This document shows, piece after piece, positions 7,843-15,958 of a stretch of DNA of 42,307 bases. Within the stretch, counting starts at the first letter, position 1. The number at the start of each line of letters is the position of its first letter. The DNA is from a virus. The notes under the pieces were generated by a model that ran no database searches, was not told the DNA's origin, and saw only the letters and a list, made by a program, of their open reading frames with translations. The translations under genes were made by a program, and so were the position numbers. The stretch is taken from the IMG/VR virus record IMGVR_UViG_3300037474_000239. The stretch is one strand, 5' to 3'.

Positions 7843-8025
7843 ATGCCGTTGACGAAGTCCCCACCCACCAAATACGACGTCCTGCTGCCGGCGTGGAAAT
7901 GCCGGCGCTGCGCCTACGAGTGGCCCACCAAGGGCCAGGCCAGGCCACGGCGCTGCTCCAAGTGCAAGTCGTTCTACTGGTGGAACCCGCCGCGCGACAA
8001 GAACCAGTCACCTCCGTCGGAGTAG
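7843..8025 (+). CDS. Small zinc-ribbon protein (60 aa; CxxC..CxxC), candidate regulator.
   Basis: WKCRRCAYEW...RRCSKCKSFYW. First gene of the rightward block. Flanked by GGTGATAT boxes. Confidence 0.55.
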   Translation: MPLTKSPPTKYDVLLPAWKCRRCAYEWPTKGQARPRRCSKCKSFYWWNPPRDKNQSPPSE

Positions 8026-8032
8026 CGCCCCC

Positions 8033-8061
8033 TTGCATATATCACCGTTTGGTGATATACT
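8033..8061 (+). promoter_or_regulatory. Sigma70-type promoter TTGCAT-N17-TATACT. Its spacer is a 22-bp dyad TATATCACC-GTTT-GGTGATATA (8038-8059) with lambda-like TATCACC half-sites.
   Basis: Read directly: ccTTGCATATATCACCGTTTGGTGATATACTcacc. Lies upstream of the integrase. Confidence 0.6.
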
Positions 8062-8178
8062 CACCGCGTAAGGAATCGCCGCAGAAAGACCCCTTGCAGT
8101 TTTGAAGTTTCCGGTTTTACTTCAGGCCAGGGGAAGCGGGCGCGGTCCTCGTGATGACCGCCATCTCACGCATGGAGC

Positions 8179-9117
8179 ATGAGCATGAGCGATGACACCT
8201 GTGTTTCCGACAGCGAATTCCTTGGGCAGTTCGTGCAGCACATCTCCGCTGTTCGGTGTCTGGCCAGCGGAACCGTGGACGAATACAGCGGCCATTGCGC
8301 CAGGTTCTTGCGGTTTCTTTCCGACCGCGGCGTTGCGGTGGTCAACAGCTGCGAGCAGGACGTGGAGGCCTGGCTGGCTTCACGGATCAATTCCGGGGTC
8401 CGACCCAACAGCAACCGGCCGGCCTTGAATGCGATCAGGCGCTTCCTGCGATACCTGAAGAGAAATGGTGTCATCCACGCCAACCCCGCAGAGTACGTCG
8501 AGCTCCCGCAGGAGCAACTGGCGATCCCCAACTTCCTCCGGGAAACCGAGGTCGCACGACTGATGGGGAGTATTCCCTGGAACTCCCCAGCCTTCGCCGA
8601 CAAGCGCTTCTCCTGCATGCTTTCGCTCCTCTACGCGGCCGGGCTGAGGGTCGGAGAACTGGTCAAGATCAGACTCCAGGACATGAACCTGGAAGATCGG
8701 GCCGTGTTCGTTGTTGGAAAAGGCGGTCGCCAGGGATGGGCGCCGTTCAGCGAGAGCATGGCCACGATGTTGCAGGAGTACATGATCGCCAGGCAGGAAT
8801 GGGTGACGAAGATGGGATATGGCACCGACGCCCTATTCCCTGTGCGCGGGGGGAAACCGGCTTCAGCGTGTTCACTTCGGGGATGGCTTCATAGCTGGGC
8901 GCGGTCGATAGGGTTCTCGCGGCGCATCCACCCGCACCTCTTCCGCCACAGCTATGCGACACACCTCCTGGAGCATGGGGCGGAGCTGCGGACGGTGCAG
9001 GAGTTGCTGCGGCACAAGAGCATCATATCCACGGTGCGCTACACGCACGTGATGGTGGCGATGCGGCGCCGGGCCTACGACAGGTACCACCCGCAGGCCC
9101 AGCCGGCGGCGGCATAG
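8179..9117 (+). CDS. int: Tyrosine recombinase/integrase, XerC/XerD-like (312 aa; alternative ATG at 8185).
   Basis: Catalytic signature: AGLRVGEL (R), GKGGRQG (K), HLFRHSYATH (HxxR), LLRHKS, RYTHV (Y). SAM-like N-terminal domain. Confidence 0.9.
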   Translation: MSMSDDTCVSDSEFLGQFVQHISAVRCLASGTVDEYSGHCARFLRFLSDRGVAVVNSCEQDVEAWLASRINSGVRPNSNRPALNAIRRFLRYLKRNGVIHANPAEYVELPQEQLAIPNFLRETEVARLMGSIPWNSPAFADKRFSCMLSLLYAAGLRVGELVKIRLQDMNLEDRAVFVVGKGGRQGWAPFSESMATMLQEYMIARQEWVTKMGYGTDALFPVRGGKPASACSLRGWLHSWARSIGFSRRIHPHLFRHSYATHLLEHGAELRTVQELLRHKSIISTVRYTHVMVAMRRRAYDRYHPQAQPAAA

Positions 9118-9122
9118 CGGGG

Positions 9123-9164
9123 AAGCGGCCGGCGCCCGCGGGCGCCGCCGGGCGCCGGCCGCTT
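9123..9164. terminator. 15-bp GC-rich inverted repeat just after int: AAGCGGCCGGCGCCC ... GGGCGCCGGCCGCTT.
   Basis: Arms at 9123-9137 and 9150-9164 with a 12-nt loop. Only a weak AAATTT tract follows. Confidence 0.5.
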
Positions 9165-9179
9165 GGGATCAAATTTCGG

Positions 9180-9211
9180 TTGACAGGTTGCGGGTGGATG
9201 TGGTTTATTTT
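9180..9211 (+). promoter_or_regulatory. Candidate early promoter: perfect -35 TTGACA, weak A/T-rich -10 (TTTATT/TATTTT).
   Basis: TTGACAggttgcgggtggatgtggTTTATTTT in the lower-GC gap between int and the early genes. Confidence 0.3.
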
Positions 9212-9301
9212 CGCAAGTTGAGCTTCCGGTAGCCCTGCCTCGAATCAGCGAGTTCTACATAATTCGCGGGTTCGGCAGGCTCCGGCACCAGGAGCAAGAG
9301 T

Positions 9302-9625
9302 ATGCCGATCTCAGATAGCCGTATCCGCCCCCTCAAAGTCGTCGTCCCGGTCACCGCCTGGGGCATCCTGATCTCCAGCTTCGTCTACGGTATTTTCAAC
9401 AGCAACATCCAGTCCAACCTCCGCCGCTACTACCTGGGCACGATCGATTCCAACCTCGCCCAGATCTCCAACAACATCCGCTGTCTCGAGATGGTCAACC
9501 TTTCCAATGTTGCCCAGATTTCCAGCGTCCGCTATGGCTCCCAAGCCATGCGCGTTGACCGCACGCCACCTCAGCACGAGACCACCACGAAGGGCGAGAA
9601 CCCTGGGACGAGGACCGGACTCTGA
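9302..9625 (+). CDS. Hypothetical membrane protein (107 aa) with 18-nt-periodic SN(L/V)AQIS-type repeats.
   Basis: AGGAG lies 9 nt upstream of the ATG. GC3 about 90 percent in this frame versus about 50 percent for the antisense ORF. TM segment VVPVTAWGILISSFVYGIF. Confidence 0.55.
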   Translation: MPISDSRIRPLKVVVPVTAWGILISSFVYGIFNSNIQSNLRRYYLGTIDSNLAQISNNIRCLEMVNLSNVAQISSVRYGSQAMRVDRTPPQHETTTKGENPGTRTGL

Positions 9626-9881
9626 TGACGCCGAGCATCCTCGCAAGTTCTACGCGGCGCCGGCCGACCGCGGGCGCAAGGGCGGCCGCCGGAACGCCGG
9701 CCAGCGCCGGCGCGGTCGCATCCGCGTGGTGGAGGTCCTGAGGACCATGCTCAACCGCCGGCCACCCGCCCTCTTCTCTGAGATCCATCACGCCGTTCGC
9801 CGCGCGTGCCCCTGGTCCCATTTCGACTACGAGCTCTTCACCAAGACGTACCTGCCGCGGTGGAGGAAAGGAAAGCTATGA
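9507..9881 (+). CDS. Basic hypothetical protein; start unresolved. Coding signal in this frame begins at about 9625.
   Basis: GC1/GC2/GC3 pattern is typical of coding from about 9625 to 9881. No canonical start in this frame between 9558 and 9720. ATGA coupling to the next gene. Confidence 0.45.
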   Translation: MLPRFPASAMAPKPCALTARHLSTRPPRRARTLGRGPDSDDAEHPRKFYAAPADRGRKGGRRNAGQRRRGRIRVVEVLRTMLNRRPPALFSEIHHAVRRACPWSHFDYELFTKTYLPRWRKGKL

Positions 9882-10276
9882 GCACCGCCCCCCAGATCAA
9901 CGAGCGCACGGTCTACCTGACCAACTACCGCGGCCAGGAAATCACCGACGCCAAGAGCTTCGGCAAGGTCAAGTTCATCACCACGGGCAACGTCATCGAC
10001 ACGTTCCGGCTCGACCAGCTGGCAGGCCAGGTCTTCGACGCCCTCAAGACCTCCAAACCCGAGGACTGGCTGGTCCCTACCGGCCACATGGTCCTGGGCG
10101 CGCTCGCCATTCTCGAGCTCCTGCGCAGGCACGGGCGCGTCAATCTCCTGCTGTGGCACGCGCGGATCCACAAGTACATCCCGCGGACAGTGATCCTGAA
10201 GCCGAATGCCCAGGATCTGAGCGAGCCCGCCCTCCAGGAGTTGGTGCAGAGCGAGGTCCCCATCGACATCCCGTAG
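9878..10276 (+). CDS. Hypothetical protein (132 aa) with an alternating beta/alpha pattern.
   Basis: ATG 9878 in an ATGA overlap. High GC3. Confidence 0.6.
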   Translation: MSTAPQINERTVYLTNYRGQEITDAKSFGKVKFITTGNVIDTFRLDQLAGQVFDALKTSKPEDWLVPTGHMVLGALAILELLRRHGRVNLLLWHARIHKYIPRTVILKPNAQDLSEPALQELVQSEVPIDIP

Positions 10277-10307
10277 AAGCCAAACGTCGAGCACAAGGAG
10301 CAATCCC

Positions 10308-10586
10308 ATGGAGCATGGAATCACCCACAGCAGTCACGCAGAACCAGGGCCGGCGCGCAGTGCCGCCAAGGTTGCCGTCGACGCCGCGTTCGCGGCGGAA
10401 GAGTCCGCCCTTGAGATGGAGCGCCGGGCGCAGGCTGCCCGGAGGGCGGCCGACCGTGCTCGTGTCCACGCCATGCTGGCCCGCGACGCCGAGTCGAAGG
10501 GCCACCACATCATCGCCAAGACCAACGCCAAGGACGCCCTCCTGGCCTCCCAGGAAGCGGCCAACGCAGCCCGGGTCATCTTCTAG
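10308..10586 (+). CDS. Hypothetical Ala/Arg-rich helical protein (92 aa).
   Basis: AAGGAG RBS 7 nt upstream. Confidence 0.55.
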   Translation: MEHGITHSSHAEPGPARSAAKVAVDAAFAAEESALEMERRAQAARRAADRARVHAMLARDAESKGHHIIAKTNAKDALLASQEAANAARVIF

Positions 10587-10597
10587 GGTGCGCGCCA

Positions 10598-10837
10598 ATG
10601 ACCCTCCCATGCTCCGCCGGACACTCCCACACCGACAGCACCGCCGTCTTCATGTGCCTCATGCGGCGGATCTATTACGGCCCCGCGATTCGGACGCCGA
10701 GGCGCAGTCACGAAGAGGTTGTCCTGGAAAAGGAAGCCCGGGCCAGGGCGGTGACGGCGCGGCGGGAGTTCCACGCCAGGCAGCGCGCGGAGCGGGCGGC
10801 GAGGAAGGCTGCGACCACTCAACGCGGGGCGAGCTGA
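10598..10837 (+). CDS. Hypothetical basic protein (79 aa).
   Basis: ORF track. High GC3. Followed by the GGGGCGAGCTCGCCCC palindrome at 10850-10865. Confidence 0.45.
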   Translation: MTLPCSAGHSHTDSTAVFMCLMRRIYYGPAIRTPRRSHEEVVLEKEARARAVTARREFHARQRAERAARKAATTQRGAS

Positions 10838-10923
10838 GAGGAACTGTGGGGGGCGAGCTCGCCCCGCCGATTTACCCCGGGCACCACGACCACAGCACGA
10901 CCCGGGCACTTTGACGGAAGGAG

Positions 10924-11859
10924 ATGGACATGGAAAACGCGAAGAAAGAAATGCAGTTGAGCGGCGGCTGGACGCTTGAGCCCCAGAGCCTCAAGGAGGC
11001 GATGGAGTACGCGAAACTCATGTCGGACAGCGACTTGGTGCCGGCGGCCTACAAGGGGAAGCCGGGCAACGTCCTGATCGCCGTCCAGATGGGGGCGGAA
11101 CTGGGCGTTTCACCCATGCAGTCCGTCCAGAACATCGCCGTCATCAACGGCAAGCCCGGGATCTACGGCGACATCGGCAAGGCCATCCTGCTGGCTGCCG
11201 GATTCCGCATCGAAGAGGACGACATCGAAGTCGTCAGGAAGAACCAGCGGGCCCGCTGCAAGATCACCCGGCCCAATGGAAGCGCCATCGAGCGGACCTT
11301 CTCTCTGGAGGACGCCAAGACGGCCGGCCTGTGGAGCAAGGCGGGACCGTGGACTCAGTACCCGTGGCGCCAGATGGCCTGGCGCGCCTTCTGGTTCGCA
11401 GCCCGCGACGGCGCCGCCGACATCCTCAATGGGATGCGCGGAGCCGAGGAGCTGCTGGACATCGACGAGACCAGGGTCATTGAGGCGGAGCCGGCCGGCG
11501 GACCCCGGCGCGCCAGCGAGACCAAGGCCCTGGCGGCGCCCACAGCCGCGGCGCCGGCGCCCGCTACTCCCCCGCCCCCCATCTCCCCCGCCCCCGCGCC
11601 GGCCCCCGAGCCCGTTACCGGCCCCGCTGACCAGGTCGAGCCCCAGGCCTTCGCCGGCACGATCAAGGAAGTCACCTTCGCCAGGCTCGTTCAGGGCGGC
11701 TTCGACTATACGGCCACGGTCGAGGACGAGGAGGGGGCGATCTTCATCTGGACTCGGGACAAGGACCTGGCGAAGCTCCTCAACGAGAAGAGGGGGACGC
11801 AGGTCCGCGGCAGCTTCCGCATCAACGGTGCCCGCAATGAGCTCGTCGCCATCGAGTAG
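10924..11859 (+). CDS. recT: RecT-family single-strand annealing protein with a Pro-rich linker and a C-terminal extra domain (311 aa; alternative ATG at 10930).
   Basis: AKLMSDSDLVPAAYKGKPGNVLIAVQMGAELGVSPMQSVQNIAVINGKPGIYGD is the RecT core signature. Confidence 0.85.
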   Translation: MDMENAKKEMQLSGGWTLEPQSLKEAMEYAKLMSDSDLVPAAYKGKPGNVLIAVQMGAELGVSPMQSVQNIAVINGKPGIYGDIGKAILLAAGFRIEEDDIEVVRKNQRARCKITRPNGSAIERTFSLEDAKTAGLWSKAGPWTQYPWRQMAWRAFWFAARDGAADILNGMRGAEELLDIDETRVIEAEPAGGPRRASETKALAAPTAAAPAPATPPPPISPAPAPAPEPVTGPADQVEPQAFAGTIKEVTFARLVQGGFDYTATVEDEEGAIFIWTRDKDLAKLLNEKRGTQVRGSFRINGARNELVAIE

Positions 11860-12460
11860 CGGCTTCGTCTACGACCCGGACCTCCACCGCTACACGTTGG
11901 ACGGCCGCGTCATCCCTGGGATCACCAAGGTCCTCGAACTCACGGGATTCGTGGACAAGCAGTGGTTCACGGAGGCCTCCCGGCGCCGGGGCACGGAGGT
12001 CCACCGGGCGTGCCTGTTCCTGGCCGAGAACGACTTGGATTGGAACACGGTTGCTCCCGAGCATCAGCCACGGGTGGAGGGGTTCGCCAGGTTCCTGGAG
12101 GACGTGAAGCCGACGCTGCTGCTGGCGGAAAAGCCTCTCCACAGTGAGGTCTACAGCTTCGGTGGAACGCCTGACTTCGTGTTCAACATCAACGCCGAGA
12201 CGTGGATCGTGGATGCGAAGACGGGGAAGGCCGGCTTGGCGGCGGAGCTGCAGACGGCCGCGCAGGAGGTCCTGATCCGGGAGCGCATGCTGGACGCCTG
12301 GACGGGCCTTTTTACGCGAGTCCGCCGCTTCGCCCTCGAGCTGCCGGAGCGGGGGAAATACCGCCTCGTGCCGCACAAGGATCCCGGCGACGAGCTGATG
12401 TTCTTGAACGCCGTGGCCATGGTTCACCGGCGCATCAACAAAGGAGAGCTGAGCCTATGA
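11837..12460 (+). CDS. PD-(D/E)XK (RecB/Cas4-like) exonuclease, partner of RecT (207 aa).
   Basis: HRYTLDGRVIPGITKVL..GTEVHRA..GTPDFVF..WIVDAKTG..ELQTAAQ (D..D-x-K and QxxxY-like motifs). The ATG at 11837 lies inside the long shadow ORF 11276..12460. Confidence 0.7.
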   Translation: MSSSPSSSGFVYDPDLHRYTLDGRVIPGITKVLELTGFVDKQWFTEASRRRGTEVHRACLFLAENDLDWNTVAPEHQPRVEGFARFLEDVKPTLLLAEKPLHSEVYSFGGTPDFVFNINAETWIVDAKTGKAGLAAELQTAAQEVLIRERMLDAWTGLFTRVRRFALELPERGKYRLVPHKDPGDELMFLNAVAMVHRRINKGELSL

Positions 12461-13116
12461 CGACAGCAATCGCCGAGCAGGACCCGAAAGCCCAGGAGCT
12501 GCAAGCCCAGGTGGCGCAGCTCGTCCCCATCCCGGTGGTCGACGCCGACAGCTACGGCGCCGCCGGCATCCGCTGGAAGGCCATCGTGGCCATGGAGAAG
12601 GAGGTCAACGCCTTCTGGGACCCGCTGGTGGACCAGGCCCACAAGACCCACAAGGCGCTCACGGCCAAGCGCGCTGAGTTCCTGGACCCTCTGGGGAAGG
12701 CCAAGACCGAGCAGACCCGGCTGATGAAGGCCTGGGCCCAGGAGGAGGAGCGCAAGCGCCTTGAGTTGGAGCGCCTGGCCCAGGAGAGGGCCCGGAAAGA
12801 AGCCGAGGACAAGGCCCTGGCCGAGGCCGCCGAGCTTGAGAAGGCCGGCTTCAAGGAGGCGGCGGAGCAGACCCTAGCCGCCCCGCCTCCGCCAGCCCAA
12901 ATCGTCCAGCCCAAGGCCGTGCCGAAAGGCTTCGGGTCAGCCATCAAGACGACCTGGAAGGCTCAGGTCACGGACATGAAGGCCTTCGTGGAGGCCGTGG
13001 CCGCCGGCCGGATCCCGATGGGGGCGGTCCTCCCCAACCAGGTCCTGCTCAACGATCAGGCGCGGATGCTCAAGAAGGAACTGACCTGGCCGGGGGTGCG
13101 CGTATGGGAGGAATAG
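12457..13116 (+). CDS. Coiled-coil protein of the recombination module (219 aa), function unknown.
   Basis: ATGA overlap at 12457. Central EERKRLELERLAQERARKEAEDKALAEAAELEK segment. Confidence 0.55.
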   Translation: MTTAIAEQDPKAQELQAQVAQLVPIPVVDADSYGAAGIRWKAIVAMEKEVNAFWDPLVDQAHKTHKALTAKRAEFLDPLGKAKTEQTRLMKAWAQEEERKRLELERLAQERARKEAEDKALAEAAELEKAGFKEAAEQTLAAPPPPAQIVQPKAVPKGFGSAIKTTWKAQVTDMKAFVEAVAAGRIPMGAVLPNQVLLNDQARMLKKELTWPGVRVWEE

Positions 13117-13295
13117 CCGACCAGCTCGCCGCGCCGGACGCCCCGCTCACCGAGCCCCGCGGCGAGCTCATGCACGAGGTCTTCCGCCTCGACGCCCTCT
13201 TCTCCGCCATCGGCCGCTACGACTTCATGCTCCTCGTCGCCGACGAAATCCTGAGGCTTCGGGAGGAGCTGCGGGTCGCCAGGGGTGGCGCCTGA
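13104..13295 (+). CDS. Hypothetical protein (63 aa).
   Basis: ORF track; ATG start. Confidence 0.45.
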   Translation: MGGIADQLAAPDAPLTEPRGELMHEVFRLDALFSAIGRYDFMLLVADEILRLREELRVARGGA

Positions 13296-13507
13296 TGCCG
13301 CCCTGCAATGACTGCGGCGCCGACCTCCTTTTTGTGAAAACCCACGACGGGAACAGCGTGCCGGTGGAAAGGAACACCCCGGTCTTTGCCGTTCACATGG
13401 ACGAGCACAGCAACTTCCGGGCCGCGCGCGTGGACGGGCATCGGGCGCTTGGAGACGAGAAGGCGGCCTACATGGCGCTCCACGTCTGCCCCAAGAAGGG
13501 GAGCTGA
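13295..13507 (+). CDS. Hypothetical protein (70 aa) with an N-terminal CxxC.
   Basis: TGATG overlap with the upstream stop. Confidence 0.5.
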   Translation: MPPCNDCGADLLFVKTHDGNSVPVERNTPVFAVHMDEHSNFRAARVDGHRALGDEKAAYMALHVCPKKGS

Positions 13508-13509
13508 CC

Positions 13510-14019
13510 ATGCCGAAGCCCAAGAGCCCGACGGACTTCAAGGCCGTCATGGACGAGGCCCTGGATAGCCTGGAGAGGAGGATGGAGGAGATCAACACCA
13601 CCATCATCACCCTCAAGGCGGCGCGGGACGTGAACCTGGCCCACCTCTTGGGGCCTGTGGACATGGCCCGTGTTCCAGGCAGCCCCCTCCCCCCCCCCCG
13701 CGAGAATGGGTCCCGCCAGGTGAAGGAGAGCGCGGCGCCATGCGTCGGCTGCGGCGGCACCGGAAAGACGAAGGCCTGTGCCGGGTGCGGGAAGCCCAAG
13801 TGCGGGAAGTGCGGGATGAAGGCCCGGGCGACGTCGTGCCGGGAATGCCGGGAGAGCGGGGCGGTTTCCAGAGATCCCGGGGAATCGGGAGAGGCGCCGG
13901 CCGCCAAGCCGGCATCGGAGACCGGAAAGGCCTCGGCCTGCAAGATCTGCAAGGCCCCGTCCACCAAGGACCGGCGCATCAATAAGGACGGCTACTGCAA
14001 GACGTGCGAGAAGCTTTGA
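13510..14019 (+). CDS. Cys-rich zinc-finger protein (169 aa) containing a DnaJ-type CxxCxGxG motif.
   Basis: CVGCGGTGKTKACAGCGKPKCGKCG...CRECRESG...CKICK...CKTCEKL gives six CxxC pairs. Confidence 0.6.
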   Translation: MPKPKSPTDFKAVMDEALDSLERRMEEINTTIITLKAARDVNLAHLLGPVDMARVPGSPLPPPRENGSRQVKESAAPCVGCGGTGKTKACAGCGKPKCGKCGMKARATSCRECRESGAVSRDPGESGEAPAAKPASETGKASACKICKAPSTKDRRINKDGYCKTCEKL

Positions 14020-14030
14020 AGGAGAACGAT

Positions 14031-14453
14031 ATGGAGAACACGAAGAAGGATGACGGCGGGCCGGCGTTTCCGCTTCCGGTTGATGCCGACATAGATTGCG
14101 CCGGCCGCGCGGCAAGCGGCTACGGTGGCATATCCATCCGTGACTACTTCATCGCCCATGCGCCTGCGGAGCCTCAGCCGTGGTTCCAGCCGACGATGCG
14201 CCCGAGGATGGAAGTCCCTGGGTGGGCTACGGATCCTAAATGGGGGATGACTCCAGACCAAGCGCGACATGCCGAAAAGTGGCGGAACGACCAGGATTAT
14301 CTGATCGATGAGGAATGGGCGAAACCATTTCAAATAGCCTGGAACGCCTATTGGGACGACGGCGCCGCCTGGAACCGAGAGCGTGATGCGGCCAGATACG
14401 TCCAATGGCCCGCCGCCTGGGCCGACGCCATGCTGAAGGAGCGCCGCCGATGA
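14031..14453 (+). CDS. Hypothetical protein (140 aa) with a GGPAFP motif.
   Basis: AAGGAGAACGAT precedes ATG 14031. Confidence 0.55.
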   Translation: MENTKKDDGGPAFPLPVDADIDCAGRAASGYGGISIRDYFIAHAPAEPQPWFQPTMRPRMEVPGWATDPKWGMTPDQARHAEKWRNDQDYLIDEEWAKPFQIAWNAYWDDGAAWNRERDAARYVQWPAAWADAMLKERRR

Positions 14454-14620
14454 CCGACCACCTCCTCAACCTCGACATCCAGAACGACCGCGCGCTGGCC
14501 CGGGCGGAGGCCGCCAGCCTGATCCCGCCCGAGGACCTGGGCCAGATCCGGAACCCCTTCGCGCCGCCGCTGCATGATGAGGACGACATGGGCGAGATCA
14601 GGACCAGGGGGATGGGCTGA
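14450..14620 (+). CDS. Small hypothetical protein (56 aa).
   Basis: ATGA overlap at 14450. Confidence 0.4.
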   Translation: MTDHLLNLDIQNDRALARAEAASLIPPEDLGQIRNPFAPPLHDEDDMGEIRTRGMG

Positions 14621-14850
14621 TGCTGAAATTCACCGGCACCATGCACGACGGACGGAAGGTCATCGGATTCGGCCTCAGCGAAGAGAACCGCCGGCGCCTA
14701 GCACTTGGGGAACCCATCTATGTCCAGGGGCATGAGGTGGACCAGCCAGGCCTGGCGTTCCTGATCTTCGCGGGGTCTGACGAAAGACAGATGGTGGATC
14801 AGCTGAAGAACGCCGGCATGAAGCCGCCGGAAACGGGGTGGCCCGCATGA
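14620..14850 (+). CDS. Hypothetical protein (76 aa).
   Basis: TGATG overlap at 14620. Confidence 0.5.
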   Translation: MLKFTGTMHDGRKVIGFGLSEENRRRLALGEPIYVQGHEVDQPGLAFLIFAGSDERQMVDQLKNAGMKPPETGWPA

Positions 14851-15404
14851 GCACCTACGCCCGCAACACCAACGTCTCCAGCGAGCGCTCCCGCGGGGAC
14901 GGTGGTCTTGTCTCACGAGCCATCGCGAACGGACTATCCCTGTCCTGGGCGGCCGGCCTATTCGAGGGAGAGGGGACAGCCTCGATCACGCGTAGTGGGC
15001 GTAGGGGTTATACGAGGCCTCTCATCTCACTGACCAGCACGGACAGCAATATGATTCAGAGACTTCATATGCGGTGGCCAGGCTGCATTCGAACGTTCCA
15101 GCCCAAAGGCAACGCCAAACTCGCTCACACATGGACGCTCAACGCGCGCCGAAGCATCGCACGCTTCATTTTCGATGTCGTTCCGTTCATCAGGACAGAG
15201 CGCGTTCGCAGGAAGATGTGGCTCGTCTGGGATGACATTGGAGCCCGCATTCAAGGCCCCGGATCACCCGGCTACTTGGCGGCTTGCCACACGAGGCGAG
15301 AACAGATCCATGCCCTAAATCGCCGGGGGACCTCTGCGGCGATCGACAACGCCTACAAGACAGGGAAGATGCCGTCGCTCCTGGGCTGGGAGGGGAAGCG
15401 GTGA
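14847..15404 (+). CDS. LAGLIDADG-type homing endonuclease, single-motif (185 aa).
   Basis: WAAGLFEGEGTASI matches the LAGLIDADG/GDG signature. Local GC is visibly lower than in the flanks. ATGA overlap at 14847. Confidence 0.6.
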   Translation: MSTYARNTNVSSERSRGDGGLVSRAIANGLSLSWAAGLFEGEGTASITRSGRRGYTRPLISLTSTDSNMIQRLHMRWPGCIRTFQPKGNAKLAHTWTLNARRSIARFIFDVVPFIRTERVRRKMWLVWDDIGARIQGPGSPGYLAACHTRREQIHALNRRGTSAAIDNAYKTGKMPSLLGWEGKR

Positions 15405-15958
15405 GAAGAGTTCCTCCGGCCGAATTAGAGCGCGCCACCATCGAAGCCTGGCTCCGCGCCCAGGGCGCCGAAGTCCTGGCGCCCACCAACGCCTACGAGC
15501 TGGTGCGCTTCCGCGCCCGCGGCGGGGTCCACGTCATCTACGAGGGCCGCCGCGGAATCACCGCCAATGGATTCGCCGAGACCGCTCTCAAAGCCTACGA
15601 GAAGGGCTCCAACCTCTGGATGGGGATCACCACCAAACCCAGGGACAGCATGGCCAAGACGCGGGCGGCTCTGCTGGAGCGGGACGGGAACCTCTGTTTC
15701 TTCTGCGCCCTGGAGATGCCACTGGACGACATGACGGTCGAGCACCTGGTCGGCCGCGCGAAGGGTGGGCCCGATCACCAGGACAACCTGGCCCTGGCTC
15801 ATGAGGCCTGCAACAGATTCGCGAACAACTTGCCGCTCATGGAGAAGATCAAGTCCCACAGATCAGCGTGGATGGCCAGAGCTCAATTCGGCCATGGTCT
15901 GGCCAGGCCTCCGGCAGACGGTGAGACGGGCCAGGCGCCGGCGGGGATACAGCCGTGA
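15401..15958 (+). CDS. HNH endonuclease (185 aa).
   Basis: CFFCALEMPLDDMTVEHLVGRAKGGPDHQDNLALAHEACN. GTGA overlap with GGGAGGGGAAG upstream. Confidence 0.8.
   Translation: MRRVPPAELERATIEAWLRAQGAEVLAPTNAYELVRFRARGGVHVIYEGRRGITANGFAETALKAYEKGSNLWMGITTKPRDSMAKTRAALLERDGNLCFFCALEMPLDDMTVEHLVGRAKGGPDHQDNLALAHEACNRFANNLPLMEKIKSHRSAWMARAQFGHGLARPPADGETGQAPAGIQP

Noticed and set aside
9258-9290. A tRNA-3'-end-like string (GGGTTCGGCAGGCTCCGGCACCA) downstream of int as a possible attP core.
   Set aside because: The putative T-stem arms do not pair and the T-loop deviates from GGTTCGAATCC. There is not enough evidence to call an attachment site.
9311-9646. Minus-strand ORF (111 aa, D/E/V/G/A-rich) opposite 9302..9625.
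   Set aside because: It shares codon boundaries with the plus ORF. Its third positions are only about 50 percent GC, while the plus frame has about 90 percent GC3. The GNN-rich translation is the typical antisense shadow.
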